Of a DNA stretch of 64,000 bases, positions 47,730-57,247 are shown piece after piece (the stretch's first letter is position 1; each line of letters begins with the position of its first letter). This DNA is from an uncultured Syntrophaceae bacterium (lineage in GTDB: Bacteria; Desulfobacterota; Syntrophia; Syntrophales; UBA2210), in assembly GCA_964394725.1 (NCBI GenBank), contig CAYMYS010000004.1, forward strand, positions 821-64,820. The letters are read 5' to 3'. The notes under the pieces were generated by a model. It did not search any database, was not told the origin of the DNA, and saw nothing but the letters and a program-made list of their open reading frames with translations. Position numbers and translations under genes: made by a program.

Positions 47730-49124
47730 CTAAGACTTTAAGGCATCAGGTATTTCCAGTGGCACATCCACAGGGGTTATATACTTAGTAACAACCTCCA
47801 TGGTATCTCCCATATGTAATTGATCGAAAAGAAAGGCGAACTGATTCTCCAGTTCCCTGCCGAGTGTCTCCCGTACCTCAGGGGCCAGGTCCCACATATC
47901 TTTTTTAAAGATGCCGAATCCCTTCTTCCTCGTTTTGTAGATAAACTGTTCTTCCGTATCGGCTTCCTTCTTTTCGCCCCTCAATTCCTTGTTAATATAC
48001 CCATAAATCCGATCCCTCAAAGCGGCAGGAAAGTTCGCACTGTCATATATGATGTTTTGAAAACCCGTTGCCAGATGGACTTCGGCAGTTTCTGTCTGGG
48101 GGAAGCGATTGAAGGCATCGCTGGGGAGGGTTGAAGCCCCGTGCTGAACGGCACCGGCCAGGCCGTATCGTGATCGCGCGACCTCGGATATCTTTTCCAG
48201 GGTGCCAAAGTCAATCTTGACCTTTGCTATTGATCCGTCGGGAAGAGGGACACCTCCATGTGCCGTGCCTGTCTGTATGCTTATCTTGCTTATCCCCTTA
48301 TGGTGCCCCTCACCTTTTTTCAGTGCATCGAGGTAGCAATCCATGAAAATGCCGAATTCTTCAACTGTCGTATTTTTATCACCTATTTCGCCGATTTCAC
48401 CTCCCACCGATACAGTGATCCCTGCGGGCTCGATCTCTCTGATAAAAGTGGTCATGGCGGCCGTTACGGTGCAATTCTTCTCCTGTTGTTCCTCTATCGA
48501 TGGTCTGCTGAGGTCGACGAGGGTGGATGCATCGATATCGATATTGTAAAAGCCACTTGCGATTGCCTCTTTGATAAGGGCTGTGACAGCCCCCCTTTCA
48601 CCATCGGGATCTGCGGCATACTTCTTCCCATTGAATTGAAAATGATCTCCCTGCAGAAAAAGAAATCCCTTGAAACCAGTCTTAATCGCCGCGGCCGTTA
48701 CTGCTGTTGTGTATTCTGCGGGACGTTGGTCGGTGTACACCGTTTCGGAACGGGCGATTTCGAAAAGGAGTGCCCCCACATTCCCTTTCACAGCGGCGCG
48801 TAAGACCGCCTGGGCCGCGTCATAGGTCATCCCTCTCAGATTAATGGCTGGGACAGTAAAGCCCGACACCTCTTTCCTTCCCATCGCCTCATAGAGGTCT
48901 TGGATGGATGCCGGATATATCCCCAGGGCAACACCTGCCCTCCTGATCAACCAGCGAGATGCCTCCCGTGTTATCTCTTCGGGGCTGAATACGGCGGAAT
49001 AGATCAGATCATCGATTAGATGGGTCCTCAGTTCATCCTCGTCTGATACACAGACATTCTCTCCCTCAATAATCAGACAGCCTGTTATTTTTTCCTTCAA
49101 TGTATTGGCATCTTTGAATGTCAT
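47730..49124 (-). CDS. fba: Class II fructose/ketose-bisphosphate aldolase (long form)
   Basis: ATG 49124 is preceded by AGGAGG, although the ORF opens at 49145. FTVPAINLRGMTYD, LQGDHFQ, IQTGTAHGGV, VQHGASTLP. Confidence 0.8.
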   Translation of the reverse strand: MTFKDANTLKEKITGCLIIEGENVCVSDEDELRTHLIDDLIYSAVFSPEEITREASRWLIRRAGVALGIYPASIQDLYEAMGRKEVSGFTVPAINLRGMTYDAAQAVLRAAVKGNVGALLFEIARSETVYTDQRPAEYTTAVTAAAIKTGFKGFLFLQGDHFQFNGKKYAADPDGERGAVTALIKEAIASGFYNIDIDASTLVDLSRPSIEEQQEKNCTVTAAMTTFIREIEPAGITVSVGGEIGEIGDKNTTVEEFGIFMDCYLDALKKGEGHHKGISKISIQTGTAHGGVPLPDGSIAKVKIDFGTLEKISEVARSRYGLAGAVQHGASTLPSDAFNRFPQTETAEVHLATGFQNIIYDSANFPAALRDRIYGYINKELRGEKKEADTEEQFIYKTRKKGFGIFKKDMWDLAPEVRETLGRELENQFAFLFDQLHMGDTMEVVTKYITPVDVPLEIPDALKS

Positions 49125-49186
49125 TATGTTTATCCTCCTGTTCATACGTGTAGAATCTATATTGACAATTGCGAGTGTATCGGCAT

Positions 49187-50131
49187 TCAGCGGTTACTCA
49201 GGAATTCACTCGCCTTTTCTGCTTCAAAACGACTTCCAATATAAATGGGGCATCTCTGCTCGAGGCATTCGGGTTTTATCGATAGTATCTTCCGGTGACC
49301 GTCTGTCGCGAGTCCACCTGCACCCTCCACGATAAAGGCCATCGGTTGCAGTTCGAAGATCAGTCGTAGTTTACCCTTTGTCTGGTTTTTCAGGGCGGGA
49401 TAGGTGAAAATCCCCCCACCTTTTATCAGAATCTGATTGATATCGGGTACAAAACCCCCACTGTAGCGCAGCTTGTAACCTTCACTTTCCAGGTACTCTA
49501 CGTATTTGAGGTGTTCCGGCAACCAGTCCTTCCTTAGACCGCCGAGACTGTATATGGAGCCCCTTTCCTTTAAAACAATATTTTCCTCAGAGAGGACATA
49601 TTCTCCCTCTCTGTTGAGGACAAATTCATGCGTCCCCTGGCCTGCCGAGTAGACCATGGTAATGAGGGGGCCGTAGGTTATGTACATTGCGGCAACAAGG
49701 CTCTTTCCGCCCTCTTGAAGGACAGGCGCATTGTGGATTCCGATAATCGTTCCGATTGCCAGGTTGGTTTCAACAAGGGAAGACCCGTCGAGGGGATCTG
49801 CGGTGATGAAGTACTGCTCGTCTCCCTTTCCGACCTGAATAATGGCCTCCCGTTCTTCCGAGGCGTACTCCCTGACAAAGCCGGAATGTCTCATCTGACT
49901 TTCCAGGATTGTATCGGAACTTCGATCAAGGGCGAGCTGCTCCTCGCCATACATATTTTCAAATCCGGCGAGTTTCCGATTTGATTCATGAATCTTAGCC
50001 GATATATATTTCCCCGTCACCGCTATCTGCCAGATCAGCCTCCGCAGGTTTACTTCGATGCCTGCCATCCACATATGCCTTCTGAGATCTACAAACCCTT
50101 TTGTTCCATCCGATATGTTTTCCATGTGCAT
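49187..50131 (-). CDS. fbp: Class 1 fructose-1,6-bisphosphatase
   Basis: 314 aa. ITADPLDGSSLVETNLAIGTIIGI, YSLGGLRKDW, GGIFTYP. Confidence 0.88.
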   Translation of the reverse strand: MHMENISDGTKGFVDLRRHMWMAGIEVNLRRLIWQIAVTGKYISAKIHESNRKLAGFENMYGEEQLALDRSSDTILESQMRHSGFVREYASEEREAIIQVGKGDEQYFITADPLDGSSLVETNLAIGTIIGIHNAPVLQEGGKSLVAAMYITYGPLITMVYSAGQGTHEFVLNREGEYVLSEENIVLKERGSIYSLGGLRKDWLPEHLKYVEYLESEGYKLRYSGGFVPDINQILIKGGGIFTYPALKNQTKGKLRLIFELQPMAFIVEGAGGLATDGHRKILSIKPECLEQRCPIYIGSRFEAEKASEFLSNR

Positions 50132-50194
50132 CCCCTCAGAGAATAAGTTTATTCTGAATTTCTAACAACTAATCCGCCTTTTGACAAGGAATTT

Positions 50195-50518
50195 TTAAAA
50201 AAAGAATCTCTCCACAAGCCAGTAGAGGAACATTCCGGATATTACCGTGCCTGCAAGTGATTTTGTCTTGAAGGCAACAATGAAGGTGGGAATTGCGACC
50301 AGCACCTCGGGGCGGGTAATATCGAATGTCCTCGGTTCACCCGACGTGACGATGGCGGGGAATATAAGTGCACTCAGTATCGCTGCAGGAATATAGTCGA
50401 GCCACTCCACGAGCCACTGGGGAAGCTCGCGCTGCGATAGAAAGAGGATGGGAAACAAACGGGGAATATAGGTGACAAAACCCATTCCGAGGAGGAGAAG
50501 AACATAATCGGCGGCCAT
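50195..50518 (-). CDS. azlD: AzlD branched-chain amino acid exporter small subunit
   Basis: 107 aa with four hydrophobic helices. Its start overlaps the azlC stop by 1 nt. Confidence 0.8.
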   Translation of the reverse strand: MAADYVLLLLGMGFVTYIPRLFPILFLSQRELPQWLVEWLDYIPAAILSALIFPAIVTSGEPRTFDITRPEVLVAIPTFIVAFKTKSLAGTVISGMFLYWLVERFFF

Positions 50519-51249
50519 TAGTCTTTCTCCTCGACTCTGAGCGATAACTGTGCCTTTTTGAAGAGAACACCCGTTGTCGCGGCTATGACAGAAGAGATTA
50601 TAATGTAGGAGTTACCGGGGATTAACAATGAAAGACCGACGGCAAGTCCTCCGGCGATTATGGCAACGACTATGTATATACTGTCCCTCAACTGAAAAAC
50701 GAAGAGGCAGATAAACATGGCTATCAGTGCATAATCGATTCCAAAGGCGCCCCTTGGAATAAATTGCCCGCCAAATCCCCCAGCGATGGTACTTACTATC
50801 CATGCAAGATTTGTGGTGTGATTGAGAACCAGTGCACGCCGCCAGTCCCAGTTATCATTCCTGAATCTGGTAAGGTTTAGGGCAAAGCTTTCATCGGTGA
50901 CGCCATATGCATACAATGCAAGCCACCCGCCATGTACTGACTTGAGATACATGGAGAGAGACGAACTCATCAGGAAATGCCTCAGGTTGACCATGAATGT
51001 GGTGACAATGATCGGTAGAATGGCACTGCCGCCGGCCAGCATGGAAATGGCAATGAACTGTGAACTCCCCGCATATACCATGAGGGACATGAGGCCGATT
51101 TCAAGGGGGTGGAGCCCCGCCTTCTGGGCGATCACGCCAAAGGCGAGACCGATAGCAAGATATCCGAGACAGATGGGCCATGCCGCAACAATCCCCTCTT
51201 TGATGGCCGTCGTCCACTTCATGCTGTGATGTGGCAAAATGGTTTGCAT
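50518..51249 (-). CDS. azlC: AzlC family branched-chain amino acid exporter
   Basis: GLAFGVIAQKAGLHPLEIGLMSLMVYAGSSQF. The ORF opens at 51321, and the internal ATG at 51249 was chosen tentatively. Confidence 0.8.
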   Translation of the reverse strand: MQTILPHHSMKWTTAIKEGIVAAWPICLGYLAIGLAFGVIAQKAGLHPLEIGLMSLMVYAGSSQFIAISMLAGGSAILPIIVTTFMVNLRHFLMSSSLSMYLKSVHGGWLALYAYGVTDESFALNLTRFRNDNWDWRRALVLNHTTNLAWIVSTIAGGFGGQFIPRGAFGIDYALIAMFICLFVFQLRDSIYIVVAIIAGGLAVGLSLLIPGNSYIIISSVIAATTGVLFKKAQLSLRVEEKD

Positions 51250-51413
51250 ATTGAAGTTCCCTGCCGCGAGCAGCGAAGAATGCCCTCGCCTTCCAGTCCA
51301 ATTTCTTCTTACAGGAGACATACAATACTGGCGGTATTAAGTCAAAACAACTCTCACCGGGCATTGACAGGTTTCCCTTGCTGCTGTATATGATTCCCAG
51401 AGAGGATGAGGGT

Positions 51414-51977
51414 ATGACGGGAATTATCTTATCGGGTGGCAAGAACGCCCGCATGGGAACCAATAAGGCATTCCTGGAGATCGGGGGAGAGAAGATACTC
51501 GACAGGACTATCCGTATTTTTCAGGAGCTCTTTCAGGAGATCATATTGGTCACCAATTCTCCCCTCGAGTATCTCGATTACGATATTCGTATAGTGACGG
51601 ATATAATAAAGGGAAAGGCCGCCCTCGGTGGCCTCTACACGGGCCTCTTCTATGCGTCACATAGACACGCATTTGTGTTGCCCTGCGACATGCCCTCTAT
51701 AAAGATAGATTTTATCAGATTCATGATCGAGAAGATTGCAAACTACGACATCGTCGTGCCTCAAACCACGGGCGGGCTGGAAGCGCTCCATGCGATCTAT
51801 TCCAAAAGATGCCTGCCCGTCATCAAACGACATATCGAGCAGGACAATCTGAAGATCAATACCATCTACAAAAAGTCGAGGACATTGACACTGTCACAGA
51901 AGACAGTGGCCTCATTCGACCCTACGGAAGGGATGTTTCTTAACATCAACTCTTCCGACGACCTCCTGAAGCTTTGA
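51414..51977 (+). CDS. mobA: Molybdenum cofactor guanylyltransferase
   Basis: ATG 51414 follows GAGGATGAGGG. MTGIILSGGKNARMGTNKAFLEIGGEKILDR, and LPCDMP. Confidence 0.85.
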   Translation: MTGIILSGGKNARMGTNKAFLEIGGEKILDRTIRIFQELFQEIILVTNSPLEYLDYDIRIVTDIIKGKAALGGLYTGLFYASHRHAFVLPCDMPSIKIDFIRFMIEKIANYDIVVPQTTGGLEALHAIYSKRCLPVIKRHIEQDNLKINTIYKKSRTLTLSQKTVASFDPTEGMFLNINSSDDLLKL

Positions 51978-52105
51978 AGGAATTCGGTAACAGGAATTCA
52001 GTTTTTGATTGACATATATCAATTTTTTCGATAGGAATAAGCGGATTTGTTGTACTTAATTTTATTCTGAAAGTCTTGATTTTTCAGTACAAAAAGGGAG
52101 GAACA

Positions 52106-53419
52106 ATGTCTGATCAAAAAGTTATGAATCGATGGTATGTGGTTGCCGGTGCCATACTCATTCAGTTGTGTCTGGGGGCGATCTACGCATGGTCTGTTTT
52201 TACGCCGAAGCTGACTGCTGTTGATGGTGTGTACAAATTTACTGCCGGACAGGCGGCTTGGGTCTTTTCTGTCGGTCTTCTCGTCTTCGCAATAGCGACG
52301 ATCGTGTCGGGGAGGATAATGGGGAGGGTAGGTCCGAAAAGAATAGCCGCTATCGGGGGTATTATTCTTGGCATGGGATATATCCTTGGTGGATTTCTAG
52401 GGAACACATTTCTGGCACAGTTCATCTTCATCGGCGTTATCGGTGGTGCCGGTATTGGTCTTGCCTATGTGGTACCTATCGCGGTGGGTGTAAAGTGGTT
52501 CCCCGATAAAAAGGGTATGGTGGCCGGACTTGCCGTAGCCGGTTTCGGTTTCGGTGCCACCATCTGGGTCAAATCGGCGGGATCGTGGTTTGATCTCCTG
52601 AATACATTAAACTTCTTCGGCCTGGGGGGAGTACAGAGTGTCTTTCTACTCTACGGCGTTATCTTTCTTGTTTTCGTTCTGCTGGGAAGCACCGTTATGA
52701 TCGATCCTCCCAAGGGCTATTGCCCCGAGGGCTGGACTCCGCCTGAGCAGAATAACGAGAAGGGTGGAAATCCCGGATCCGCTATCGGTATGAACGATTT
52801 TGTGCCGAGGGAGATGTTCAAAACCCCGCAATTCTATATGACCTGGATAACATTCCTCTTCTCGGCCATTGCAGGCCTGATGGTAATCTACTGTATTAAA
52901 TTATTCGGTATCGATGCCCTGCGGGCCAATGGAATGAGCCTCGCCGCTGCTTCGGCAACGGCAGGGACGGCTATGGCATGGTATGCGATTTTTAACGGAC
53001 TGGGACGTATTGCCTGGGGAATGGTTTCCGACAAGATCGGGCGTAAACTGGCAATTTTCCTGATGTGTCTTTCGCAGGGCATTATCATGCTGCTCTTCTA
53101 CAAGATGGGGGGAGTGGGAGTGACCCTCATTATCGGGGCCTGCATCATCGGTTTCAACTTCGGAGGAAACTTCGGGCTCTTTCCCGCGCTTACCGCCGAT
53201 TATTTCGGCAATAAAACAGTGGGACTCAACTACGGGTATGTATTTATGGCATACGGTATTGCCGGTGTCATCGGCCCACAGATCGCCGGATACTTCAAGG
53301 ATGCGGCGAAGGGGAGCGGTGATCCCTCTGCATGGCTGGTACCCTTTATCATAGCAGGAGTTGCATGTCTCCTGGGAGCGGCGCTTACCCTTATTTCAAA
53401 GCCGCCGAAAAAACAATAG
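52106..53419 (+). CDS. MFS transporter, oxalate/formate antiporter (OFA) family
   Basis: ATG 52106 follows GGGAGG. NRWYVVAGAILIQLCLGAIYAWSVF is typical of the OFA family. 12 predicted helices. Confidence 0.85.
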   Translation: MSDQKVMNRWYVVAGAILIQLCLGAIYAWSVFTPKLTAVDGVYKFTAGQAAWVFSVGLLVFAIATIVSGRIMGRVGPKRIAAIGGIILGMGYILGGFLGNTFLAQFIFIGVIGGAGIGLAYVVPIAVGVKWFPDKKGMVAGLAVAGFGFGATIWVKSAGSWFDLLNTLNFFGLGGVQSVFLLYGVIFLVFVLLGSTVMIDPPKGYCPEGWTPPEQNNEKGGNPGSAIGMNDFVPREMFKTPQFYMTWITFLFSAIAGLMVIYCIKLFGIDALRANGMSLAAASATAGTAMAWYAIFNGLGRIAWGMVSDKIGRKLAIFLMCLSQGIIMLLFYKMGGVGVTLIIGACIIGFNFGGNFGLFPALTADYFGNKTVGLNYGYVFMAYGIAGVIGPQIAGYFKDAAKGSGDPSAWLVPFIIAGVACLLGAALTLISKPPKKQ

Positions 53420-53429
53420 ACTGATATAA

Positions 53430-53458
53430 GTGCCGGTCTCAGGGCCGGCACTTTTTAT
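53430..53458 (+). terminator. Rho-independent terminator after the MFS gene
   Basis: GTGCCGG-tctcaggg-CCGGCAC followed by TTTTTATT. Confidence 0.75.
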
Positions 53459-53478
53459 TCCGGGAGAAACTTTTTTCA

Positions 53479-54669
53479 ATGCCTGCTCCAAAACCCTACT
53501 CACACTGCACCGCACAGTCATCCATCAAGATCTCTGTTTTTGTTTTTCTGTTAATCCTTCTAGCTCCCGTGGCTGGCCTTTCCGATGAAGGGGAAAGTCT
53601 CGATGTGCAGATAGGCCAGATGCTTATGGTGGGTTTCAGGGGGCTGAGCGCAACGGAGGAAAGCCCCATCATCGGGGATATCAAAAGGAGGCATATCGGA
53701 GGTGTGATCCTATTTGATTATGATGTGCCATCAAAATCTTCCGTCAGAAACATCAGGTCTCCGGAGCAGGTGAAATGTCTCATCGTGAAACTCCAGAAGG
53801 CCGCCTCCATCCCTCTTTTTGTTGCCATCGATCAGGAGGGGGGACGGGTGAATCGATTGAAGGAGAAATTCGGATTCCCACCGACGGTATCGGAACAATA
53901 CCTTGGAACGACGGACAATGTCGAGACAACGAAAAAGTACGCACAGTCGATGGCGGTGATACTGGGCAGTCTCGGGATAAACACAAATTTTGCGCCCGTT
54001 GTCGATCTCAATACAAACCCGGAGAACCCCATCATAGGTAAACTGGGGCGCAGCTATTCAGACGATCCCGCAGTAGTGGTCAGACACGCACTCATCGTCA
54101 TTGATGCCCTCCATGAAAGGGGGATAGCATCTGCGATAAAGCACTTTCCTGGGCATGGGAGTTCGACGGGTGATTCCCACACAGGTTTTGTGGACGTAAC
54201 GAAGACCTGGTCGACCATGGAGCTGACGCCCTTTGAGGCAATTATCAATTCGGGCCTCTGCGATATGGTCATGACGGCCCACATATTCAACGGAAAACTC
54301 GACCCCCGATGGCCCGCCACACTGTCCACCGGAATTATTACGGGAATACTGCGAGATGAATTTCACTATGATGGCGTCGTCGTTTCAGACGACATGCAGA
54401 TGAAGGCCATCAGTGCCCACTATGGTCTGGAGACGGCCATAGAGAGGGCAATTATGGCCGGATGCGACATGCTGATTTTTGCCAATAATTCCGTCTTTGA
54501 AGAGGATATAGCGGAACGGGCCACCGCGACAATCAAAAAACTGGTCCGAAAGGGCGCTGTTAGTGCCGACAGAATCGGCAATTCATACAGGAGGATAAGA
54601 AAGCTCAAGGAAAGAATCTCTTCCCTGACAGCCTCCGTGCACGCTAAATCACAAAAAAGCTCCGATTAA
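53479..54669 (+). CDS. nagZ: Glycoside hydrolase family 3 protein, beta-N-acetylhexosaminidase (NagZ-like), secreted
   Basis: 396 aa. Signal-like N-terminus, GQMLMVGF, DQEGGRVNRL, KHFPGHGSSTGDSH, VVSDDMQM. Confidence 0.8.
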   Translation: MPAPKPYSHCTAQSSIKISVFVFLLILLAPVAGLSDEGESLDVQIGQMLMVGFRGLSATEESPIIGDIKRRHIGGVILFDYDVPSKSSVRNIRSPEQVKCLIVKLQKAASIPLFVAIDQEGGRVNRLKEKFGFPPTVSEQYLGTTDNVETTKKYAQSMAVILGSLGINTNFAPVVDLNTNPENPIIGKLGRSYSDDPAVVVRHALIVIDALHERGIASAIKHFPGHGSSTGDSHTGFVDVTKTWSTMELTPFEAIINSGLCDMVMTAHIFNGKLDPRWPATLSTGIITGILRDEFHYDGVVVSDDMQMKAISAHYGLETAIERAIMAGCDMLIFANNSVFEEDIAERATATIKKLVRKGAVSADRIGNSYRRIRKLKERISSLTASVHAKSQKSSD

Positions 54670-54680
54670 AGAGGAACGTA

Positions 54681-55433
54681 ATGTCTGAAAAAAAGATAGC
54701 AAAGGGTTTTGGTCTGATCATCATCGGGAGTGAGATCCTCGACGGAAGGGTTGAGGACAGCCATTTCGCGAATACGCGAAACCTCCTGGCGGAACGTAAT
54801 CATTCGCTTACATATACGATGACGCTGGTCGACGAACCCAGCCTTATCACGGGAAAACTGAAGTGGGCAATGTCACGCCCAGAACCCTTCTTCTGCTGCG
54901 GAGGAATCGGCGCAACACCTGACGATTATACGAGGCAGTGTGCCGCTGATGCCGTTGGTGTGACCCTTGCCTATCACGAAGAGGGTGTAAAAATCATGGA
55001 GAGCCGTTTCGAAAAGAAGGCAACGCCGACACGCCTGAAACTGGTCGAGTTTCCTGAAGGCGCACGACTCATACCAAACCCGGTGAATCGGGTGCCCGGA
55101 TTTTCAATCAACGATGCCTATTTTCTCCCCGGGTTTCCCAGCATGGCGGAACCGATGGCGGCCTGGGTTCTCGACACATATTATGAAAGGGGCGAAAAGA
55201 TAATTACCAGGACGTTGCTCCTGGCAGGTGTTCGTGAATCCGATGTCATCCCCCTGATGCATGAATTCAATCTGTGTCATTCCAAGATCAGTCTTTCAAG
55301 CCTGCCGAAATTTGTCGAAGATGGAACAGAGATACACCTCGGGTTGACGGGGAATCCAAAGGATGTGGAAGCGGGAATGGCCCATATAATACAATCCATT
55401 GAATTACAGGGGATGCAATGGGAGGAAAAGTAA
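54681..55433 (+). CDS. Molybdopterin-binding (MoCF-biosynthesis/CinA N-terminal-like) domain protein
   Basis: 250 aa. GLIIIGSEILDGRVEDSHFANTRNLL, and CCGGIGATPDDYT. Confidence 0.75.
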   Translation: MSEKKIAKGFGLIIIGSEILDGRVEDSHFANTRNLLAERNHSLTYTMTLVDEPSLITGKLKWAMSRPEPFFCCGGIGATPDDYTRQCAADAVGVTLAYHEEGVKIMESRFEKKATPTRLKLVEFPEGARLIPNPVNRVPGFSINDAYFLPGFPSMAEPMAAWVLDTYYERGEKIITRTLLLAGVRESDVIPLMHEFNLCHSKISLSSLPKFVEDGTEIHLGLTGNPKDVEAGMAHIIQSIELQGMQWEEK

Positions 55434-55472
55434 TCTGAAGTTCCTCGATCCTTTCAATCTTTCAGAGTAGCT

Positions 55473-55970
55473 TTATTTCTTAGTTTTCCACGGTTTGAAG
55501 ATCGATATGAACAGGGTAACCATAAGCAACAGGCATTGCATGCCACCAAAGATGAGGTTCATCCTTTCATTGTGGAGGTATGCCTGATCTGTCACTGAAG
55601 TCATTCCCAACCTTCCGGAGATTTCCATCATGGCTGTCTCCCATGGACCAAGAAAGAATGTCCCAAACAGAATTGCTGAGATGGTAATAATCCACTTTAA
55701 TATCAGCCATTTGTGCTTAAAGAATCCCCAATTACTGAAAGACGAGTAGATCAAACCGGTAATCAGACAGCCAAAGGCCCCGGGAATGACGACCACCAAC
55801 ATATCAACATGATGAATGCTCCTGTTGATTCCATACAGGACACCTCCATCAGTCACGCCGTCTTTTAAAAAGTACAATAACATCAGGGCAACAGCGCCAC
55901 CCACCCAGCATGAAACGGCAACCAGGTGAAATCCCTTGAGCCACCGTAATCCTCTTGCTTTTAACTTCAC
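55473..55970 (-). CDS. Integral membrane protein (four helices; possibly DUF2269-like)
   Basis: 165 aa with four clear hydrophobic helices. The family name is tentative. Confidence 0.6.
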   Translation of the reverse strand: MKLKARGLRWLKGFHLVAVSCWVGGAVALMLLYFLKDGVTDGGVLYGINRSIHHVDMLVVVIPGAFGCLITGLIYSSFSNWGFFKHKWLILKWIITISAILFGTFFLGPWETAMMEISGRLGMTSVTDQAYLHNERMNLIFGGMQCLLLMVTLFISIFKPWKTKK

Positions 55971-56078
55971 TATTATACCCTCAATAAATTATTATGTGGC
56001 CGATCTGCCAATGCCGGCATTTCGGTCACATGCGTATAAATCTCATCAGTAGCTTCTATAATGGTTCACAATACGTTG

Positions 56079-56118
56079 CCATTTGGCGGATTTGGCAATG
56101 CTGCCATTTCCGCCAAAT
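56079..56118 (-). terminator. 40-nt composite hairpin 21 nt downstream of folD
   Basis: CATTTGGCGG-att-TGGCA-atgc-TGCCA-ttt-CCGCCAAATG (10-bp plus 5-bp stems). No U-tract follows on the minus strand. Confidence 0.4.
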
Positions 56119-56138
56119 GATCCTTACGTCGGTTCAAT

Positions 56139-56996
56139 CTACATTTCTCTTTTTTCCGCCGCCTTTACCGTGTTCAGAAGGAGCATGGCCACCGTCGTTG
56201 GCCCGACTCCGCCGATCCGGGGAGTGATCCATCCTGCCACCTCCCCCACGGAGACGTCCACGTCGGGAACAAGTTTGCGTCCTTCCCATGAAATACCGCC
56301 GCTGATGACAATGGCGCCGGGTTTCACCATGTCCGGTTTTATGATACCGGGAATCCCCGCCGCGGCGATGACGACGTCGGCCCTCTTTGTGTAATGTGCG
56401 ATATCGGGTACCCCCGTGTGGACGACGGTAACTGCGGCGTTGGCGAAGGCCTGCTTCAATGTAAGTATGAGTGCAAGGGGCCTTCCCAGTGTGGGCCCTC
56501 GCCCTACGATAACCACTTCTTTCCCCCCGATTGCGAGATCGTAATATTTCAGTATGGCCTGAATGCCCGCCGGCGTGCAGGGGAGGGGACCCTCCTGCTG
56601 CAGGACCAGTTTCCCCAGGTTGACGGGGTGGAGGCCGTCGGCATCCTTGGCGGGATCGATCCGTGAAATCGCTTCATTGAAATCGAAGCCTTCGGGAAGG
56701 GGATATTGTATCAGGAATCCATCAATTGCGGGATTATCATTAAACTCATCGACTGCAGTGAGCAGGTCACCCTGGGATGCCGTGCCTTCTATCGTCTTAT
56801 GAAATGATGTAATGCCGGCTGATGTGCAGGTTTCATGTTTCTTATTTACATAGCTTATGGACGGGCCGTCGTCTCCAACCAGGATAGTTCCCAGGCCCGG
56901 CGTTATTCCCTTTTCCTTTAAGACAGCCACCCGTTGCGACACGTCCCTTAATACCGCTTCCGCAACCAGCGTGCCTTCAAGAAGTTTTGCAGTCAT
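56139..56996 (-). CDS. folD: Bifunctional methylenetetrahydrofolate dehydrogenase/cyclohydrolase
   Basis: 285 aa. PGLGTILVGDDGPSISYVNKK, GRGPTLGRPLA, TPRIGGVGPTTVAMLL. Confidence 0.93.
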   Translation of the reverse strand: MTAKLLEGTLVAEAVLRDVSQRVAVLKEKGITPGLGTILVGDDGPSISYVNKKHETCTSAGITSFHKTIEGTASQGDLLTAVDEFNDNPAIDGFLIQYPLPEGFDFNEAISRIDPAKDADGLHPVNLGKLVLQQEGPLPCTPAGIQAILKYYDLAIGGKEVVIVGRGPTLGRPLALILTLKQAFANAAVTVVHTGVPDIAHYTKRADVVIAAAGIPGIIKPDMVKPGAIVISGGISWEGRKLVPDVDVSVGEVAGWITPRIGGVGPTTVAMLLLNTVKAAEKREM

Positions 56997-57045
56997 TTTC
57001 TTTACTCCTGATTATTCGTTTTTTAGGGTTTCTTTCATGATAAAG

Positions 57046-57237
57046 TTGACGAATTGGTAAAAAGTCATTTTCGAGCGGATTTGAGCATTTCGGGAAACAG
57101 ATGATAGCGGTGATTGGCGTTAATAAAATCTAATTGTTTGAGTGCTTTAGCACGAGTTTTAGATTTTTAGCCAAGCACCGAAATCATCCCCGAAATGGTC
57201 ATCAAGCGAGAATAATGACTTTTTACCGGACCATCAA
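57046..57237 (+). repeat. MITE-like ~190-bp palindromic element, copy C
   Basis: TTGACGAATTGGTAAAAAGTCATTTTCGAGCGGATTTGAGCATTTCGGGAAACAGATGAT ... AATGACTTTTTACCGGACCATCAA. It differs from copy A at roughly a dozen positions by eye. Confidence 0.8.
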
Positions 57238-57247
57238 AGTTTGTTTT